Shown in pieces: positions 48,184-57,054 of a stretch of DNA of 64,000 nt (positions are counted from its first letter, which is position 1; the number at the start of each line of letters is the position of its first letter). Source of the DNA: an uncultured Rhodospirillales bacterium (GTDB lineage Bacteria; Pseudomonadota; Alphaproteobacteria; Acetobacterales; Acetobacteraceae); NCBI GenBank assembly GCA_938008885.1, contig CALLIV010000116.1, positions 1,366 through 65,365 of the forward strand, read 5' to 3'. Below the pieces are notes generated by a model, which was not told where the DNA came from, did not search any database, and saw only the letters and a list, made by a program, of their open reading frames with translations. The position numbers were made by a program, and so were the translations under genes.

Positions 48184-49113
48184 TTACCGCGTCGGGCGCG
48201 GCGGGTTCTGCGAGTAGTCGTAGAAGCCGCGGCCGGTCTTGCGCCCGAGCCAGCCGGCTTCGACGTATTTCACCAGCAGCGGGCAGGGGCGGTACTTGCT
48301 GTCGGACAGCCCGTCATACAGCACCTGCATGATCGACAGGCAGGTATCCAGCCCGATGAAATCCGCGAGTTCCAGCGGCCCCATCGGGTGATTGGCGCCC
48401 AGCTTCATTGAGGTGTCGATGCCGGAGACGGAGCCGACGCCTTCGTAGAGGGCGTAGACCGCCTCGTTGATCATCGGCACCAGGATGCGGTTGACGATGA
48501 AGGCGGGGAAGTCCTCGGCCACCGCGGGGATCTTGCCCAGCTTGATCGCCAGCGCCTGCACCGCCTGGAAGGTCGGCTCGTCGGTGGCGATGCCGCGGAT
48601 GATCTCCACCAGCTTCATGACCGGCACCGGGTTCATAAAGTGCATGCCGATGAATTTCTCGGGCCGGTCGGTCGCCGCGCCCAGCCGGGTGATCGAGATC
48701 GAGGAGGTGTTGGACGCGACCAGGCAGGACGGCTTCAGCGCGGGCGTCAGCGTCTTGTAGATCGCGCGCTTCACCTCCTCCTTCTCCGTCGCCGCCTCGA
48801 TGACGAGGTCGACGTCGGCGAAGGCGGCGTAGTCGGTGGAGGTCGTGATGCGGCCCAGCGCGGCGTCGCGATCCTCGGCCGAGACGATGGACCGGTTGAC
48901 CTGCCGGTCCATGTTGCGGCCGATCGTGGACAGCGCCTTGCTCAGCGCCTCCGGCTTGACGTCGAGCAGCGTCACCGGAACCCCGGCCAGCGCGGTGACG
49001 TGCGCGATGCCGTTGCCCATCTGCCCTGCGCCGATCACGCCCACGCGGGCGATCTCGGGCACGGCGGTATCGACGGGGAGGGTGGCCGGTGACGGCCTGA
49101 CGTCAACGTTCAT
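48184..49113 (-). CDS. hbd: 3-hydroxybutyryl-CoA dehydrogenase
   Basis: [28 protein letters not shown] and HPMGPL motifs. Confidence 0.93.
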   Translation of the reverse strand: MNVDVRPSPATLPVDTAVPEIARVGVIGAGQMGNGIAHVTALAGVPVTLLDVKPEALSKALSTIGRNMDRQVNRSIVSAEDRDAALGRITTSTDYAAFADVDLVIEAATEKEEVKRAIYKTLTPALKPSCLVASNTSSISITRLGAATDRPEKFIGMHFMNPVPVMKLVEIIRGIATDEPTFQAVQALAIKLGKIPAVAEDFPAFIVNRILVPMINEAVYALYEGVGSVSGIDTSMKLGANHPMGPLELADFIGLDTCLSIMQVLYDGLSDSKYRPCPLLVKYVEAGWLGRKTGRGFYDYSQNPPRPTR

Positions 49114-50055
49114 TCAGGAGCGCTCCAGTTCCGTTGCCAGTTCGGGCAACGCGTTGAACAGATCCGCGACCAGGCCGTAATCGGCGACCTGGAAGATGGG
49201 CGCTTCCTCGTCCTTGTTGATCGCCACGATGACCTTGCTGTCCTTCATCCCGGCGAGGTGCTGAATGGCCCCCGAGATGCCGACCGCGACGTAGAGGTCC
49301 GGGGCGACGATCTTGCCCGTCTGACCGACCTGGTATTCGTTCGGCACGAACCCGGCGTCGACCGCTGCGCGCGAGGCGCCGACGGCGGCACCCAGCTTAT
49401 CAGCGATCGGTTCGATGAGCTTGAAGTTTTCGCCGTTCTGCATGCCACGGCCGCCGGAGATCACGACGCGCGCCGCGGTCAGTTCCGGCCGCTCGCTCTT
49501 GGACAGTTCGGCCGAGACGAAGCGGGAGATGCCGGGCATGTCGCCCACGTTCACGGTCTCGGTCGGCGCGTTGCCGCCCTCGGCCGCGACCGGGTCGAAG
49601 CTCGCCGCGCGCACGGTGGCGATCTTCTTTCCGTCGGACGACTTCACCGTCGCCATGCCGTTGCCGGCGTAGATCGGGCGCACGAACGTGTCGGCATCGA
49701 CCACGGCGGCGATGTCGCTGATCGGCTGCACGTCGAGCAGGGCTGCGACGCGCGGCAGCACGTTCTTCCCGACCGCGGTGGTGGCGGCCAGGATGTGGCT
49801 GTACGCGGGCGCGAGCTCCACCAGCAGCGCGGCCGTCGGCTCCGCCAGCAGGTGGTCGAGCGCCGGGTTGTCGGCGACCAGCACCTTGGCGACGCCGGGC
49901 AGCTTGGCGGCGGCGGCGGCGCCCGCCTGCAGGCCGGCCCCGGCCCCGGCGACCAGCGCATGGACCTCGCCCAGCTGGGCGGCGGCTGCGAGGGCGGAGC
50001 GGGAGGGCTGCTTGATGCCGGCGTCGTCGAATTCGAGCAGGACGAGGGACGTCAT
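49114..50055 (-). CDS. etfA: Electron transfer flavoprotein alpha subunit
   Basis: [30 protein letters not shown] and [12 protein letters not shown] motifs. Confidence 0.97.
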   Translation of the reverse strand: MTSLVLLEFDDAGIKQPSRSALAAAAQLGEVHALVAGAGAGLQAGAAAAAKLPGVAKVLVADNPALDHLLAEPTAALLVELAPAYSHILAATTAVGKNVLPRVAALLDVQPISDIAAVVDADTFVRPIYAGNGMATVKSSDGKKIATVRAASFDPVAAEGGNAPTETVNVGDMPGISRFVSAELSKSERPELTAARVVISGGRGMQNGENFKLIEPIADKLGAAVGASRAAVDAGFVPNEYQVGQTGKIVAPDLYVAVGISGAIQHLAGMKDSKVIVAINKDEEAPIFQVADYGLVADLFNALPELATELERS

Positions 50056-50057
50056 CG

Positions 50058-50807
50058 TCAGATCACCTTCGCTTCGGTCTTGAGTTTCTGGACGAGTTCG
50101 GCAACCGATCCCACCTTCACGCCGGCCTTGCGCTTCGGCGGCTCGCTGACCTTGATCGTGGTCAGCCGCGGCGCCGGGTCGACGCCGAGATCGGCCGGCT
50201 TCTTGGTCTCGATCGGCTTCTTGCGCGCCTTCATGATGTTCGGCAGCGACGCGTAGCGCGGCTCGTTCAGGCGCAGGTCGGTGGTGATGATCGCGGGCAG
50301 GTTCAGCGCCACCGTCTCCAGGCCGCCATCGACCTCACGGGTCACGGTGATCGTATCGCCCTCGACCGCGAGCTTGCTGGCGAAGGTGCCCTGGGGCCAG
50401 CCCAGCAGGGCGGCGAGCATCTGGCCGGTCGCGCTCATGTCGTCGTCGATCGCCTGCTTGCCCAGGATGATCAGCTTGGGCTGCTCCTGCTCCGCGATCG
50501 CCTTCAGCAGCTTGGCGACCGCCAGCGGCTGCAGGTCCGCATCGGTCTCGACCAGGATGCCGCGATCGGCGCCCATCGCGAGCGCGGTGCGGATCGTTTC
50601 CTGGCATTGCGCGACGCCCAGGGAGACGGCCACGATCTCGGTCGCGACCCCCTTCTCCTTCAGGCGGACCGCTTCCTCGACCGCGATTTCGTCGAACGGG
50701 TTCATGGACATCTTCACGCCGGCGGTCTCGACGCCGGACCCGTCCGCCTTGACGCGGACCTTCACGTTGTAATCGACGACGCGCTTGACGGGGACCAGGA
50801 TTTTCAT
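50058..50807 (-). CDS. etfB: Electron transfer flavoprotein beta subunit
   Basis: [22 protein letters not shown] and [13 protein letters not shown] motifs. Confidence 0.97.
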   Translation of the reverse strand: MKILVPVKRVVDYNVKVRVKADGSGVETAGVKMSMNPFDEIAVEEAVRLKEKGVATEIVAVSLGVAQCQETIRTALAMGADRGILVETDADLQPLAVAKLLKAIAEQEQPKLIILGKQAIDDDMSATGQMLAALLGWPQGTFASKLAVEGDTITVTREVDGGLETVALNLPAIITTDLRLNEPRYASLPNIMKARKKPIETKKPADLGVDPAPRLTTIKVSEPPKRKAGVKVGSVAELVQKLKTEAKVI

Positions 50808-50948
50808 GGGGAAAGAGCCGCTTTCCTGAAGCTGAGGTGGCTGGGGTGCCGGGATTCCGAGCGGGGTCGGGTGGTATTGTCGTACGAGTGCGGGGCGAGC
50901 GCCCGGACCCTGGGACCCCGCCTGTTCGCACCTGCAATAGGGGGCCGG

Positions 50949-50977
50949 ACCTTATGCACGCCGCCCCTGCCTGTCAA
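50949..50977 (-). promoter_or_regulatory. Sigma70-type promoter for etfBA-hbd
   Basis: Minus strand TTGACA-N17-TAAGGT. Confidence 0.75.
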
Positions 50978-51018
50978 ACGGGGCATACCGGCCGGTAGCC
51001 GCCCCGGTCTTCGCTTGG

Positions 51019-51210
51019 TCAGGGCCGGAGCAGGCTCATCATGATCGCGAGCAGCACCAGCGCCGCGCCCTGCAGGATCACCCGCCAGCGCATCAACTGA
51101 TTGGACCGCTGCGGGTCGCCGCCCCGCACCATGCCGACCATCCCCGCGACCAGGACGCCGAGGGTGGCCAGCATCACCACGCCGACGAGGACAGTGAGGA
51201 ATGCATGCAT
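51019..51210 (-). CDS. HIG1-like twin-transmembrane small protein
   Basis: Two TM helices flanking SNQLMRWRVILQ; typical position upstream of etfB. Confidence 0.85.
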   Translation of the reverse strand: MHAFLTVLVGVVMLATLGVLVAGMVGMVRGGDPQRSNQLMRWRVILQGAALVLLAIMMSLLRP

Positions 51211-51307
51211 GATGGAAGAATAGGCATCGCGGCCGGATTGTCAGCCCCGCCCACGCCGGCGATCGCGCGTCAGGCGCTCGAGCTGGCCTTTCCCGGTCGT
51301 CATCGCG

Positions 51308-51373
51308 GTCCCCGTCGCTCGCCGCGACACCGTCCCGGTCGCTCCTCGCGACACCGTCCCCGTCGCCTGCCGC
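51308..51373. repeat. 24-bp tandem repeat, about 2.7 units, each with a GTCGC...GCGAC mini-palindrome
   Basis: gtccccgtcgctcgccgcgacacc / gtcccggtcgctcctcgcgacacc / gtccccgtcgcctgccgc. Confidence 0.7.
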
Positions 51374-51437
51374 AAGGCAGGACTGCGCCACGTCCGCGTG
51401 GGCCGCACCGCTTCCTGTTGACCGGCGCGCGGCGTTC

Positions 51438-54092
51438 GTGGTCGTACCCCCGCCCATGATGCGCCGGACCGTTCTGCTCCTCTGCTGCCTCCTGCTGGCC
51501 TGCCTCGTCGCCACCGGCGCCGTGCGGGCCCAGCCGAAACCGGCCGCCCAGCCACCCGCCACGGCGCAGATCAGCGCCGACCAGGCGCGGACGGCGCTGG
51601 AGATGCTGAACGATCCGAAGAAGCGGGCGGCGCTGGCCGCGACGCTGGAGGCGGTCGTCCGAGCGCAATCCCAGGCCGTTGCGCAGGCGGCCCCGAACGG
51701 GGCGGCCGGGCAAGCCGCGGGCACGACCGCACCGGCCGCCGCCGGAAAGGCGCAGAACGGCACCCCGCCGGCCAACGGCACCGAACCCGCGGCGGAAACC
51801 CAGCCCGCGGACGCAGCGGCGGCGGATGCGAAGACGCACACCACGGTGGAGGGGATCTCGATCCCGCTCGCCCCGGACAGCCTCGGCGCCCAGGTCCTGG
51901 TGACCGCGTCGGACTTCGTGAACCGTGCCGGGCTCCAGGCGATGGACGCGCTGCGCACGGTGCAGAGCGTGCCGCTGCTCTGGGGCTGGGCGGTGGTGAT
52001 GGTCACCAACCCGTGGGCGCACGACCTGCTGATCGACGTCGCGTGGCGACTGGCCATCGCGCTCGCCGCGGCGCTGGCCGCCGAATGGGTGCTGCGCCGC
52101 CTGCTGCGCCGGCCGATCGCCTCGCTCGAGGCGCTGGCGCCGAACGGGCGCGGCCGGCATGCCCATGCAGAGCTGCACGACCCGGCCGATCCGGACCATG
52201 AGACGGCCGCGCTCGATGCGGAGGACGAGGCGCTGGAGCATGAGGCGCTCGAGCCGGCCCCCGCCGCCGCGGTCCCGGCGGGCGCCCCGGCGGTCTCGCT
52301 GGCGGACGAGCAGGTCGCGCGAGCCGAGGCGGGCGAGACCGAACCCCAACCGCCCCGCGTGCGACGCCGCCCGTCGCCCTGGACGCTGCTCCGCCGCGTG
52401 CCCCTCGTCCTCGGGCGGCTGGTGCTCGACCTGATCCCGGTCGTGGCGCTCGCCCTGGTCGGGCACCTGATCGCCGGCTCGACCCTGGGCGGCACCACCG
52501 TCACGCGGCTCGTCATCCTGGCCGTGATCGACGCCGTGGCGTTCAGCTCCGCGCTGCTCTGCGTCGCCCGCATGATGCTCTCCCCCGGCACGGCGCGGCT
52601 CCGCCTGTTCCACCTGCCGGATGCGCGGGCGCATTACGCGATGCGCTGGGTGCGGCGGCTGGTGCTGATCGCGGTCTGCGGCTACGCGGTCAGCGAGGTC
52701 GGGCTGCTCCTCGGCCTGTCGGACGTGGCGCACGATGCGCTGCAGAAGGCGGTCGGCTTCGCGCTGCACGTCTGTCTCGCCATCATCGTCATCCAGCAGC
52801 GCCGCCGGGTCCGCGCCTGGCTGCGCGCGCCCGAGGGCGCGACCGGCACGATGGCCGCCCTGCGCAACCGGCTGGCGGCGATCTGGCACTGGATCGCGCT
52901 GTTCTTCCTGGCCGCGGTCTGGCTGGTCTACGCGGTGGAGGTGCCGCACGGCTTCACCGCCGTCGTCCGCTATTTCGGCCTCACCGCGCTGGTGCTGATC
53001 CTCGGCCGCCTCACGCTGCTGCTGGTCATGGGCTTCGTCGACCGCGCGCTGCGCATCGGGCCGACGACGGCGGAGCGGTATCCCGGAATGGAGGCGCGGC
53101 TGCGGCTCTATCACCCGGCGGCCACCAGCCTGACCCGCGCCGCGATCTACGTGCTGATCGTCCTCTCGCTGCTGCAGGTCTACGGGCTGGGCACGCTGTC
53201 CTGGCTGGTGACCTCGCTCCTGGGCCAGCGCATCCTTTCCTCGCTGGTGACGCTGCTGGTCACCATCCTGCTCGCGCTCGCCGCGTGGGAGGGGGTGAAC
53301 GCCGCGATCCAGAGCCATCTCGCGCGGCTGCAGCGCGAGGCGCAGCTCGCTCGGTCCGCGCGGTTGCGCACGCTGCTGCCGCTGCTGCGCACGACCCTGC
53401 TGATCACCATCCTGCTGGTCGCCGGGCTGATGGTGCTGAGCGAGATCGGCGTGAACATCGCGCCCCTGCTGGCCGGCGCCGGCATCGTCGGCGTCGCCAT
53501 CGGCTTCGGCTCGCAGAAGCTGGTGCAGGACCTGATCACCGGCATCTTCCTGCTGCTGGAGAACGCGATGCAGGTCGGCGACGTGGTCAATGTCGGCGGC
53601 CAGGGCGGCGTGGTGGAGAGCCTGTCGGTCCGCACCATCCGCCTCCGCTCCGAGGACGGGTCGGTCCACGTCATCCCGTTCAGTTCGGTCACCAACGTCA
53701 CCAACATGACGCGCGACTACAGCCGCGCCGTGATCAACGCCGGCGTCGCCTACAAGGAAGACTACGACCACGTCGTCGAGGTGCTGCGCGCCCTCGCCAA
53801 GGAGATGCGAGCCGACGACGCCTGGAAGAACATCATCCTGGACGACCTGGAAGTGTGGGGATTGGACCAGTTCGGCGATTCCGCGGTGGTGATAAAGTGC
53901 CGCATCATGTGCACGCCGTTCGGACGCTGGTCCGTCATGCGGGAGTTCAACCGCCGGATGAAGAAGCGCTTCGACGAGCTCGGCATCGAGATCCCGTTCC
54001 CGTACCGCAAGCTGGTGATCGACCAGCCGCTGACGGTGAGCGGTTCCGCCATCGAGGAGTCGCCGCATGAACAACCCCGCATCGCCGGCTGA
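51438..54092 (+). CDS. Large MscS-family mechanosensitive channel (YbiO-like)
   Basis: LAGAGIVGVAIGFGSQKLVQDLITG, GVVESLSVR and FDELGIEIPFP motifs; long N-terminal periplasmic and TM region. Confidence 0.92.
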   Translation: MVVPPPMMRRTVLLLCCLLLACLVATGAVRAQPKPAAQPPATAQISADQARTALEMLNDPKKRAALAATLEAVVRAQSQAVAQAAPNGAAGQAAGTTAPAAAGKAQNGTPPANGTEPAAETQPADAAAADAKTHTTVEGISIPLAPDSLGAQVLVTASDFVNRAGLQAMDALRTVQSVPLLWGWAVVMVTNPWAHDLLIDVAWRLAIALAAALAAEWVLRRLLRRPIASLEALAPNGRGRHAHAELHDPADPDHETAALDAEDEALEHEALEPAPAAAVPAGAPAVSLADEQVARAEAGETEPQPPRVRRRPSPWTLLRRVPLVLGRLVLDLIPVVALALVGHLIAGSTLGGTTVTRLVILAVIDAVAFSSALLCVARMMLSPGTARLRLFHLPDARAHYAMRWVRRLVLIAVCGYAVSEVGLLLGLSDVAHDALQKAVGFALHVCLAIIVIQQRRRVRAWLRAPEGATGTMAALRNRLAAIWHWIALFFLAAVWLVYAVEVPHGFTAVVRYFGLTALVLILGRLTLLLVMGFVDRALRIGPTTAERYPGMEARLRLYHPAATSLTRAAIYVLIVLSLLQVYGLGTLSWLVTSLLGQRILSSLVTLLVTILLALAAWEGVNAAIQSHLARLQREAQLARSARLRTLLPLLRTTLLITILLVAGLMVLSEIGVNIAPLLAGAGIVGVAIGFGSQKLVQDLITGIFLLLENAMQVGDVVNVGGQGGVVESLSVRTIRLRSEDGSVHVIPFSSVTNVTNMTRDYSRAVINAGVAYKEDYDHVVEVLRALAKEMRADDAWKNIILDDLEVWGLDQFGDSAVVIKCRIMCTPFGRWSVMREFNRRMKKRFDELGIEIPFPYRKLVIDQPLTVSGSAIEESPHEQPRIAG

Positions 54093-54780
54093 GGCGCTTC
54101 GCGCCGAGGGCTTCGCCTTCGTGCCCGCGCCCGAGATGCGCGCGGCGCTGGAGGCGGAGGGTCCCCTGGGCGATTGGGACGCCTTCGTCGCGAGCTGGAA
54201 CGACCTCGGGCTCGACACCTACATGGCCGATGGCGGCCGCTACCGGAAACGCCGCCATGCGGTGTTCGCCGTCGGCGAGGCCGGCATCGAGCGGCAGCCG
54301 CGCCAGCCGCACTACCAGAGCCGCGACTACAACGCGCTGAATGGCGGGATCGAGCGGTGGTTCGACCCGGTGCTGCCCGAGATCGCCGAGGGCGCCACCA
54401 TGCGCGCCGTGCTGGGCTTCTGCCACCGGCTGTTCGGCGGGCTGAAACCGTCCCCGCGCTGGAAGGTGGAGGTCCATCAGTTCCGCATCGAGGCGCGCCG
54501 AGGGGAGGCTGGCCAGCCGACGCCCGAGGGCATGCATCGCGACGGCGTCGACTACGTGCTGGTGCTTCTGGTCCGGCGGACGAACATCCAGAGCGGCGAG
54601 ACGTCGATCCACGCGCTGGACGGCCGCACCCTGGGCAGCTTCACGCTGACCCATCCGTGCGACGCGGCCCTGGTGGATGATGGCCGCGTGATGCACGGCG
54701 TGACCGCGGTCGAGCCGCAGGACCCCGCGCAGCCGGGCGCGCGAGACGTGCTGGTGGTGACGTTCAAGGCGGAGGGGTAG
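54067..54780 (+). CDS. 2OG-Fe(II) dioxygenase family protein (2OG-Fe_Oxy_2-like)
   Basis: D.YMADGGRYRKRRH, HYQS..YN..NGG, PTPEG.HRDG (HxD), HGVT and RDVLVVTF motifs. Confidence 0.8.
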   Translation: MNNPASPAEALRAEGFAFVPAPEMRAALEAEGPLGDWDAFVASWNDLGLDTYMADGGRYRKRRHAVFAVGEAGIERQPRQPHYQSRDYNALNGGIERWFDPVLPEIAEGATMRAVLGFCHRLFGGLKPSPRWKVEVHQFRIEARRGEAGQPTPEGMHRDGVDYVLVLLVRRTNIQSGETSIHALDGRTLGSFTLTHPCDAALVDDGRVMHGVTAVEPQDPAQPGARDVLVVTFKAEG

Positions 54781-54797
54781 GGGGCGGGCGCCCCTCA

Positions 54798-55027
54798 CCG
54801 TCATCGCCGGACTCCGTCTCCTCAACCGTCATCGCCGGGCCCCGACCCGGCGACCCCCACTGGCAGGAACGGTGCGCATAAGGATCCGCGGGTCGAGGCC
54901 AGCGGATGACGGAGGGGGGCCGTCGTGCGAGGCCCCCGCACGCGTCATCGCCGGGCCTCGACCCGGCGACCCCCGCCCCGAGGACCGTGCCCGTGGGGAT
55001 CCGCGGGTCGAGGCCCGCGGATGACGG
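54798..55027. repeat. Two tandem ~85-bp REP-like palindromic units (54826-54912 and 54943-55027) plus a partial unit
   Basis: GTCATCGCCGGGCC(T/C)CGACCCGGCGACCCC - variable loop - GGATCCGCGGGTCGAGGCC(A/C)GCGGATGACGG; lies between convergent genes. Confidence 0.9.
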
Positions 55028-55085
55028 AGGGGGGGCGCCGCGCGCAGCCCCCACCCGCACCGCCAGGGCCTCGGCCCGGCGCGGT

Positions 55086-56090
55086 TCACGCCATCCAGGA
55101 CGGCACCGGCAGGCCCTTCTCCCGCAGGAAGCCCGGGTTGAACAGTTTCGACTGATACCGACTGCCGCCGTCGCACAGCACAGTGACGATCGTGTGCCCC
55201 GGCCCCAGGCCGCGCGCGACCCGGATCGCGGCCGCGATGTTGATCCCGGCGGACGTGCCGACCGACAGGCCCTCGTGGATCAGCACGTCGTAGATCTGCT
55301 CTAACGCCTCGGCATCCGGGATGCGCACCGCAACGTCGATCGGCGCGCCCTCCAGGTTGGCGGGCACCCGCGACTGCCCGATGCCCTCGGTGATCGAGCT
55401 GCCCGACACGGACAGGTCGCCATTCTTCACCCAGCCATACAGGCCGCTGCCATGCGGGTCGGCGAGCACGATCCTCACCTCGGGCTTCTCCGCCTTCAGC
55501 GCCATCGCCACCCCGGCGAGCGTGCCGCCCGTGCCGCAGGCGCAGGTGAAGGCGTCGATCTTGCCGCCGGTCTGGCGCCAGATCTCCGGGCCCATGGCGG
55601 TGCGATGCCCCTCCCGGTTCGCCAGGTTGTCGAACTGGTTGGCCCAGACGGCGCCCGTCTCCTCCGCCAGGCGGCGTGACACGTGCACGTAGTTGCCGGG
55701 GTCGCGAAACGGCTTCGCCGGCACCAGCCGGAGGTCGGCGCCGATCATGCGCAGGAAGTCGATCTTCTCCTTGCTCTGCGTCTCCGGCATCACGATCACG
55801 GTGCGGTAGCCCCGCGCATTGCCGACCAGCGTGAGGCCAATCCCGGTGTTGCCCGCCGTGCCCTCGACCACTGTGCCGCCGGGCTGCAGCACGCCGCGGC
55901 GTTCGGCGTCGAGGATGATGGCAAGGCCGGCGCGGTCCTTCACCGACCCGCCGGGGTTCATGAACTCCGCCTTGCCCAGGATGGTGCAGCCCGTCGTCTC
56001 CGACGCGCGCCGGAGCTTGATCAGCGGGGTCTGACCGATCGCCGCCCCCAGGTCGTCCTGCCAGGCGGAGCCGTGATACAACTCGGTCAT
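55086..56090 (-). CDS. cysK: Cysteine synthase A (O-acetylserine sulfhydrylase)
   Basis: KAEFMNPGGSVKDR (PLP lysine), EGTAGNTGIG and CGTGGT motifs. Confidence 0.95.
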   Translation of the reverse strand: MTELYHGSAWQDDLGAAIGQTPLIKLRRASETTGCTILGKAEFMNPGGSVKDRAGLAIILDAERRGVLQPGGTVVEGTAGNTGIGLTLVGNARGYRTVIVMPETQSKEKIDFLRMIGADLRLVPAKPFRDPGNYVHVSRRLAEETGAVWANQFDNLANREGHRTAMGPEIWRQTGGKIDAFTCACGTGGTLAGVAMALKAEKPEVRIVLADPHGSGLYGWVKNGDLSVSGSSITEGIGQSRVPANLEGAPIDVAVRIPDAEALEQIYDVLIHEGLSVGTSAGINIAAAIRVARGLGPGHTIVTVLCDGGSRYQSKLFNPGFLREKGLPVPSWMA

Positions 56091-56113
56091 CGCGTCCTCA
56101 TGCTGCGGAGTAG

Positions 56114-56533
56114 TTGACTCATATGGTCGAGAATGTCTCCCCGACGGCCACCTGGGAAGCCCTGAAGGCCGACCCGCAGGCCCAGCTCGTCGACGTGCGC
56201 ACCGACGTGGAGTGGAACTTCGTGGGCGTGCCCGACCTGGCCGAGGCCGGCAAGCAGGCGGTGCTGATCCCCTGGCAGACCTATCCCACGATGCAGCGGA
56301 ACGCTGCGTTCGAGGAGCAGTTGCAGAAGGTCGGCTTCACCCCCGACCACCACATCTACTTCCTGTGCCGGAGTGGCGCACGGAGCATGGCCGCGGCGCA
56401 AGCGGCCCGCGAGGCCGGGTTCGCGCACGTGTTCAACGTGGCGGACGGGTTCGAGGGACCGCTGGACGGGGAAGGCCATCGCGGTGCGGCCGGTGGATGG
56501 AAGGCCGAGGGCCTGCCCTGGCGCCAGAGGTGA
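56114..56533 (+). CDS. Single-domain rhodanese-like sulfurtransferase
   Basis: LVDVRT..EW, FLCRSGARS and NVADGFEG...GW motifs. Confidence 0.9.
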   Translation: MTHMVENVSPTATWEALKADPQAQLVDVRTDVEWNFVGVPDLAEAGKQAVLIPWQTYPTMQRNAAFEEQLQKVGFTPDHHIYFLCRSGARSMAAAQAAREAGFAHVFNVADGFEGPLDGEGHRGAAGGWKAEGLPWRQR

Positions 56534-56668
56534 GCGGCGGGCCGCGATCGGTGGCGGCTTGCGCGCGAACGCACGGTGCCCCGGTCACGGCAGTGACGTG
56601 GGGTTGATCCGGCGACCCAGGCGCGTCGGACTTCTTCGAGCGGCGGAAACGCCGCGTGCAGGGCCTGC

Positions 56669-57032
56669 ATGGCAAACGCGGAAAGGGTCGAAGTGGAGTT
56701 GCCGCCGGATTTGGCGCAGTTCGTGCGTTCGCGCGTGGGTTGGGATTCCCTCGCGTCAGATGCCGAGGTCGGGCGTGAGTTGGTGCGCCAGGCAGCGCAG
56801 CACGATGCCATTCGGGACGAAATGCGCCGTGAGATCGCGTCTGGTGCCGCGTCCTTGCGTGCGGGCGACGCGGTGGATGGGGACGCCTTCATGGCCGAAC
56901 TCGAAGTTCTGGCCCGTGTTTTCATTCCCGGTCGTGTACGACCCCGCCGCGCAGCCCATTGGCACCGCGCGCGTGCTGCACGGGAGCCGTGATCTGGCGG
57001 CCCTCTTTACGGCGCGGCCGCCTCGCGCATGA
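56669..57032 (+). pseudogene. Decayed ParD-like antitoxin joined to an out-of-frame C-terminal ParE-like toxin fragment
   Basis: RHH-like VELPPDLAQFVRSRV ... EIASGAASLRAGDAVDGDAFMAELE, then another frame (56916-57032) gives VYDPAAQPIGTARVLHGSRDL. Confidence 0.7.
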
Positions 57033-57054
57033 GGACAGACGGAAACGCCGCCAC

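Noticed and set aside
51300-54218. 972-aa minus-strand ORF opposite mscS, and similar shadow ORFs throughout
   Set aside because: Antisense artefacts of GC3 bias with no family signatures.
54826-55027. Repeat-spacer-repeat pattern resembling CRISPR
   Set aside because: Only two ~85-bp palindromic units, with the variable part inside the hairpin loop; no cas genes. REP-like instead.
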